Shown here: positions 59,261-64,000 of the stretch, piece by piece
Numbering within the stretch: position 1 is the first letter of the stretch
Layout of the letters: every line of letters starts with the position of its first letter
Assembly: GCA_905182725.1 (NCBI GenBank)
Contig: CAJJCQ010000013.1
Coordinates: 1,849-65,848 of the forward strand
DNA length: 64,000 bases
Direction: 5' to 3'
From: an uncultured Candidatus Poseidoniales archaeon
Lineage (GTDB): Archaea; Thermoplasmatota; Poseidoniia; Poseidoniales; Poseidoniaceae
The notes under the pieces: generated by a model
The model's input: the letters and a program-made list of their open reading frames with translations, nothing else
Databases searched by the model: none
Told to the model about the DNA's origin: nothing
Made by a program: the position numbers and the translations under genes

Positions 59261-60016
59261 TCACCCGCTTATTTTTGCCATTCCACCATCAAGATGAAGA
59301 ATCTGGCCAGTAATGTTGTCTGGCGCAGTACACAACAACCACTCCATGGTTGAAGCAATTTCTTCTTTTTGGTTGATTCTTTTGATTGGAATCCTGTTGA
59401 CTGCGGCCTCTCTTATTGCATCTGAACGCAACAAAGTTTCTGCTAAACGAGTGTCTGTCAAACCTGGTGCGACTGCGTTCACTCGGATTTTTCGCTGGCT
59501 ATAGGTTGCTGCTGCAGAGCGCACCATGGACTCTACTCCACCTTTAGCTGCAGCAATTGCTTCATGGTTCATCAAACCAAAACTGGCAGCAACACTTGAG
59601 GTGAATACCAAACGCCCGCCACCGGTTCGGAGCATCGATTTACAAGCAATTGAAAGTGTCAAAAAAGCACTTGAGAGATTGGTATGAATGACCTCTTGGA
59701 AGGCATCGAGTGCAAGTGAATGGGGGGGCCGTAATACAAGAGATCCGACAAGATGTGCGACACCAGAAAGACTTCCTTCGCCGTTTTCTTTCGCCAAATC
59801 GACTGCTTGTTGAACGCATTCCTTGTCCAAAGCATCGCCTTGAACGAGGTGTGCACCTTGCGACACTAAGCCTTGAACACGCTCTGCATCACGAGCGAGA
59901 AGCGTGACTGAATGTCCTTTACCTAGAAGTTTGGAACCGAGTTCTAAGCCAATATCGCTGCTTCCACCGACAATAAGGTAAGATTGGACCATGGTACGAG
60001 TTTTTGATATCTGCAT
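59261..60016 (-). CDS. short-chain dehydrogenase/reductase (SDR) family protein, atypical active-site region
   Basis: N-terminal LIVGGSSDIGLELG Rossmann motif; the usual YxxxK appears as NHEAIAAAK. Confidence 0.65.
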   Translation of the reverse strand: MQISKTRTMVQSYLIVGGSSDIGLELGSKLLGKGHSVTLLARDAERVQGLVSQGAHLVQGDALDKECVQQAVDLAKENGEGSLSGVAHLVGSLVLRPPHSLALDAFQEVIHTNLSSAFLTLSIACKSMLRTGGGRLVFTSSVAASFGLMNHEAIAAAKGGVESMVRSAAATYSQRKIRVNAVAPGLTDTRLAETLLRSDAIREAAVNRIPIKRINQKEEIASTMEWLLCTAPDNITGQILHLDGGMAKISG

Positions 60017-60091
60017 TTATACTTCTGTTTTCAAACTCGAGTCGCTTCAAGAGATTCCTTAGGGGCAACGTACGATATTTGATGGAACATT

Positions 60092-60718
60092 TCATTGCAA
60101 ACCTTTGGGAGTTCGCCAAGGATCGTCATCACTGTTCACGAGGTCATCTTCCGGCATACCAGATTTGACCCGAGAAAAGGGGACCTTTGCAGGAGAAGCG
60201 GACGAACCAATGTTTTTCTTGGCGATATATTCACTTCCTTTCTTTCGAGCGAATGTTTCACCAACAGCAACGACAACGAGGAGAAGTGAAAGGGTGATGT
60301 GCCCTTCAATGCCGTAAGCGGCAAAGGGCTGAATCAGCAGCGTTTGCTCTGTAATGATGCCTTGGTCGACAGTTGTTTGGAAACGGTATGTGCCGGGGGC
60401 CAGATCGCCTTCCCAACCAGGGTTTTCGTCATTTAACTCTCCTGCCCACTGAGCCACCAGTTCGTCTTGGGCATCAAATATTTTCCATTCGACTTGGCCC
60501 TCTTCCACAGAGAGTCCCCGGAATTCAACTTCAAACACAGAGGGCATCGGTTTATTTTGGCCAAAAATACCCGCCAGAGTAATTGTACGGTCTTCGATTG
60601 CATGGTCAAAATCATTGATTTCATGCGGGGCGGCATTATCCGAAATTGCAAACCAAAGAGAATTAAGGAGAAGAAGGGCGACAGGCCACAAAATTATGTT
60701 GAGTTTTTTGCGGTCCAT
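60092..60718 (-). CDS. secreted protein with C-terminal TM anchor (hypothetical)
   Basis: N-terminal signal/TM and C-terminal TM LSLLLVVVAVG. Confidence 0.35.
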   Translation of the reverse strand: MDRKKLNIILWPVALLLLNSLWFAISDNAAPHEINDFDHAIEDRTITLAGIFGQNKPMPSVFEVEFRGLSVEEGQVEWKIFDAQDELVAQWAGELNDENPGWEGDLAPGTYRFQTTVDQGIITEQTLLIQPFAAYGIEGHITLSLLLVVVAVGETFARKKGSEYIAKKNIGSSASPAKVPFSRVKSGMPEDDLVNSDDDPWRTPKGLQ

Positions 60719-60755
60719 ACTCTCTCTTTTCCTTATTTGTTTTTATCAGTGTGTT

Positions 60756-61544
60756 TTATTTCTTAATAAAATGTCCAAAACCTAATTCTGAAACTATTCG
60801 TTCCATCCATTCGAGTTTTTTGAGTTTTGTTTCAGCAATTGTAATGCCTGACCACTGCCCCACTTGATTGAGAGAAAAGCCAACCAGTTCCACGTTTTTG
60901 GGATGGACACCCAATGAAAGTACGAAACAAAGGGCTCGGTCACCGTCGGTAAATCCGCCAAAGTTATGCATTCCAAGTATGGTCTGGTTCACTTGGTGAG
61001 AGAGAATGAGTGAGGGGGGCTGTGGGCATTGTTGCCAGGACGAAAGTGATTCTGCCCACCGTTGTTTATTATCGCCATGGGCATGAACGACAACGGTTTG
61101 GCCTTGCTTGGCTGCGGTATTCAAGAATTCCCCGCCATCAAGGTCGGAAACGATACAAGCCAATTGAGAATACCCCGGGAGGGCGCCTACTGCGCCATCG
61201 GCTGCAACAAAAATGTCGCCGGGGCGATTGTACGATACGAGTTCATTTTCCTCAATCGCAGCGCCGAGAATAATGACTCGTTGAGCGCCCAGAAGTTGTT
61301 TTTCAACGCGCTGTAAGGTGTGTTCACGCTGAAGAGGAGACCAATGCGGATGGTGTTCGAGAAGAAGTTGGAGATCTACGGCGCTTTCGATATCATCGAC
61401 TTCCGACCAGCCAAAGGCTTGGCGCACCTCATCCTGAATCAAGAATGCATTCGGTGTTGGCGCCTCATGCATGCTTTGGGGGTTGGACTCGTGCACATGA
61501 ACCATCCGTTGTTTCGTTGAAGTTCTTATGCAGTTGGTACGCAT
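60756..61544 (-). CDS. possible MptE-like (DUF115, archaeal 6-hydroxymethylpterin diphosphokinase-like) protein
   Basis: RVIILGAAIEEN...VAADGA...IVSDLDGG...VVVHAHGDN pattern recalled for the MptE-like family; low certainty. Confidence 0.3.
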   Translation of the reverse strand: MRTNCIRTSTKQRMVHVHESNPQSMHEAPTPNAFLIQDEVRQAFGWSEVDDIESAVDLQLLLEHHPHWSPLQREHTLQRVEKQLLGAQRVIILGAAIEENELVSYNRPGDIFVAADGAVGALPGYSQLACIVSDLDGGEFLNTAAKQGQTVVVHAHGDNKQRWAESLSSWQQCPQPPSLILSHQVNQTILGMHNFGGFTDGDRALCFVLSLGVHPKNVELVGFSLNQVGQWSGITIAETKLKKLEWMERIVSELGFGHFIKK

Positions 61545-61553
61545 GGCGGTGCT

Positions 61554-62804
61554 ATGCCCGTCCCAAGGTCCCTCCCGGTACTTGATGACGAAGTGACGTT
61601 TGCTCGCTATCCTTTCCTACCCCAAGCCGGCGACTGGATTCAAAAAATGGCGGTTGAGCACAACATCGACATGGATGAGCTCTTAGACGGTTCATGGATG
61701 GAAAAAGCGCGCTCGCGGGCACGTATTCGTCTGATTGATTCGATACAATCGAAAGAAGGTGTCGAGGTTGTTGGAGGTGATTTATTCACTGAAGAAGGGC
61801 GGATTATCGAAGCGTTTTCTTTCTATTATGCCCGTTTGGTAGTTTGCGCTTCAGAAGATGAACGGCTTATCGCCCGTTGGGCTCAAGCCGAAGCCGCACG
61901 TGCTGAACAAGTCCTCATCAAAGACCACAAAAACCTCAGTTTGATTGCCAGAACATATATTTCAAATATCCAACAGGTTGATCATCAAAATGCACCATTA
62001 ATTTCTGAAATATCTGCGAACTACGGAGGAGCCTTACAACAACGCCGACGCTCTCAATCGGGGCCTTTATGGAAGATTGGACTCAGTGATTTCATTGAGA
62101 TTTGTCCAAAGATTACTGGCTCTCGATGGAGATTGCCCAATTGCGATGTTCACGAAGGATGGGTGACACTGTTCGAAGAACCCCAATATGGTTCATCTGC
62201 GAAACTATCGCGTTTACTTCGTGAACGAATTAAAGCTGGTGTTGAAGCGGTGGCTTTGAAGAAAATGGGTGAAGTCACCATGGACTTAGCCGTTCGGCTT
62301 GCTGAACCGGTCGGTATGGTTCGCAATCTTATGGCTACGAAAGCCTCAGAAGCAATTTCTTTGGTTGGGGCTGATGAAAATGATTGGCCGCCATGTATGA
62401 GAAAAGCGGTGGCGGAATTATCAAACGGTGTGAACTTGAATCACTTTGGAAGGCTCTTCCTTGCCTCGATGGCAGCCACATTAGCTCTACCAAAAGAAGC
62501 GTGCGTTGGCTTTTTCCGAGGCGCCCCCGATTTCAGTGAAAGTACGACCTCGTACCAAGTGGACCATGTATACCAGCATGGATACACGCCTTCTGGATGT
62601 GGTAAACTCAAAGTGAATCACAACTGTCCTGTACTCCCGGGCGATAATCGGCTGTGCGACCAACCTTGGATGGATCATCCCCTCAAATATATCCGCGCTA
62701 CCCAACGTTGGAAAGCAAAGAATCAACGGGCTGAAGCGGAAGCATTGGCATTGGTTTCAACACCAACCGTGGAAGAAGAGAAACTGCCAGATACCACAGA
62801 ATAA
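61554..62804 (+). CDS. priL: DNA primase large subunit PriL
   Basis: C-terminal Fe-S domain signature DWPPCMRKAVAELSNGVNLNHFGRLFLASM plus further Cys ligands. Confidence 0.7.
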   Translation: MPVPRSLPVLDDEVTFARYPFLPQAGDWIQKMAVEHNIDMDELLDGSWMEKARSRARIRLIDSIQSKEGVEVVGGDLFTEEGRIIEAFSFYYARLVVCASEDERLIARWAQAEAARAEQVLIKDHKNLSLIARTYISNIQQVDHQNAPLISEISANYGGALQQRRRSQSGPLWKIGLSDFIEICPKITGSRWRLPNCDVHEGWVTLFEEPQYGSSAKLSRLLRERIKAGVEAVALKKMGEVTMDLAVRLAEPVGMVRNLMATKASEAISLVGADENDWPPCMRKAVAELSNGVNLNHFGRLFLASMAATLALPKEACVGFFRGAPDFSESTTSYQVDHVYQHGYTPSGCGKLKVNHNCPVLPGDNRLCDQPWMDHPLKYIRATQRWKAKNQRAEAEALALVSTPTVEEEKLPDTTE

Positions 62805-62871
62805 AGTGGATTCGCGCGAAGACTTTGAAACGGAGAGGCGCTTAGGTTCCTATAACCACAGGTGATTTCCA

Positions 62872-63990
62872 ATGACTCGAACGCTCGTTTTAACAGTTGA
62901 CCGAGATAATGACCTTGGTGTTAAAACTGGTATTCGCGGCCCAGTTGTCGGACGACGACAGGTCATGGCTGCGGCCCTTAAACTCGGCATCGCAGACCCT
63001 GAAGAAAGTGATACAAACGCTATTCTCGGTGCTCTTTCGCAACACGATAACTTGGTAGAAAATAATTCCGAGGAAGAGGAAGTAGAGATTGCAATTCTAA
63101 CTGGTGATGAAAAAGTTGGCATTCGTTCAGACCGCGCAGTTGCCGCACAATTAGAGGAAGTTGTAGCAGCCTTCCAACCGGATAAAGCCATTCTTGTCAC
63201 AGATGGGGCAGAAGATGAGTCCGTCCTCCCAATCCTTCAATCCCAAGTTCGAATTGACCATGTCGAGAAAATTATTGTAAAGCAATCCAAAGGTATTGAA
63301 GGAACCTACTATTACATTGTAAAAGCATTAGAAGACCCGAAATGGCGTTCAAAAATTATGATTCCTGTCGGACTTGTGTTGTCCTTACTTGGCCTTGGAA
63401 TCATGCTACCAAATGAAATTGGTGGCGTAGTTATCGGCGGTTTACCGCTGGTTACCGGACTGTATCTACTCAGTAAAGGTGCAGGAATTGAAGCGACCGT
63501 CAACAAAGTGATTCAAGAAATGCGTGACAATGCTGATGCTGCTATGTTTTCTTCTTTATTGTGGACTGCAACAGTCTTCAGTGCTATTTTCGCTGTTGCG
63601 GAAGGATATAGAGAATACAATACCTATGTAGCGGAAGTGAGTTCTTCTGTCCTCTGGTTGGAAGTTGTTCATTCTGCTCTTGCATGGATCGTTATCGCAT
63701 TCCTCACCTCGACTGCTGGTTTTATGTTGTTACGGCTGAAAAGAGGTTCGTTTTCTGGTCGATTACTCATTCTCGGTATTTTTGCCATGGTTGTGTATTC
63801 TTTCGTCGATACGGCATTGGTTATTGCTACCAGGGTTTTGCGCGGTGAAGCTTATGAATTCAGTGTCGCCGATATTATCGGTGACCTTCAATATCCAATG
63901 GCATGGGTCGTTGTGTTGTGGATGGCAATGACCATCGTTCGCTCATTGAGAACGCGTCAAGCGCAAACTGAGCGCTACTGGGGAATCTGA
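62872..63990 (+). CDS. DUF373-like archaeal integral membrane protein
   Basis: N-terminal LVLTVDRDNDLGVKTG soluble domain followed by ~6 TM helices. Confidence 0.45.
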   Translation: MTRTLVLTVDRDNDLGVKTGIRGPVVGRRQVMAAALKLGIADPEESDTNAILGALSQHDNLVENNSEEEEVEIAILTGDEKVGIRSDRAVAAQLEEVVAAFQPDKAILVTDGAEDESVLPILQSQVRIDHVEKIIVKQSKGIEGTYYYIVKALEDPKWRSKIMIPVGLVLSLLGLGIMLPNEIGGVVIGGLPLVTGLYLLSKGAGIEATVNKVIQEMRDNADAAMFSSLLWTATVFSAIFAVAEGYREYNTYVAEVSSSVLWLEVVHSALAWIVIAFLTSTAGFMLLRLKRGSFSGRLLILGIFAMVVYSFVDTALVIATRVLRGEAYEFSVADIIGDLQYPMAWVVVLWMAMTIVRSLRTRQAQTERYWGI

Positions 63991-64000
63991 GTTCAAAGAA

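Overview
This 64-kb window reads as chromosomal DNA from an uncultivated euryarchaeon; the taxonomic call is inference, not a search result. The dense archaeal information-processing gene set points that way: TFB, Topo VI A and B, PriL, a 49-54 aa RpoP that the ORF track missed, Sec61beta, an RFC-like AAA+ protein, a XerA-like tyrosine recombinase, and tRNA-Arg(CCT) and tRNA-Asp(GTC), both on the minus strand. GC is roughly 48-50% and coding density is high, with many 4-nt overlaps that suggest operons. Housekeeping metabolism is interspersed: an IDH/IPMDH-family dehydrogenase, a swivel-first fused aconitase-family protein, NadC, a NadB/SdhA-like flavoprotein, GcvH, RNase HI, two sugar nucleotidyltransferases, a UDP-sugar dehydrogenase and GtrA. 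Several loci look accessory and are worth a second look. (i) A gamma-class Eco57I/PglX-like N6-adenine DNA methyltransferase has no visible restriction partner and sits next to two overlapping TerB-like genes. (ii) A surface-protein island at 18.4-25.2 kb holds a furin/kexin-like S8 protease with a P-domain, Ca-binding and MopE-like Cys repeats and a TM anchor, a SAP-motif transmembrane protein, and a Pro-rich membrane protein. (iii) A RimK-like ATP-grasp protein carries a TrkA_C-like tail and lies beside the integrase, followed by an HhH plus Lys/Ala-rich histone-H1-like protein. (iv) There is a 1695-aa VWA-containing adhesin-like protein. (v) A bacterial-type PlsC-like acyltransferase is overlapped 4 nt by a HIT-hydrolase gene. 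(vi) A tandem beta-grasp-like duplication protein lies next to rpoP. (vii) A protein combines a (GPPS)n repeat with a class II aldolase/adducin-like domain. No CRISPR array, rRNA gene or clear prophage was seen. All family assignments come from motif recognition by eye and need HMM or structure-based confirmation.
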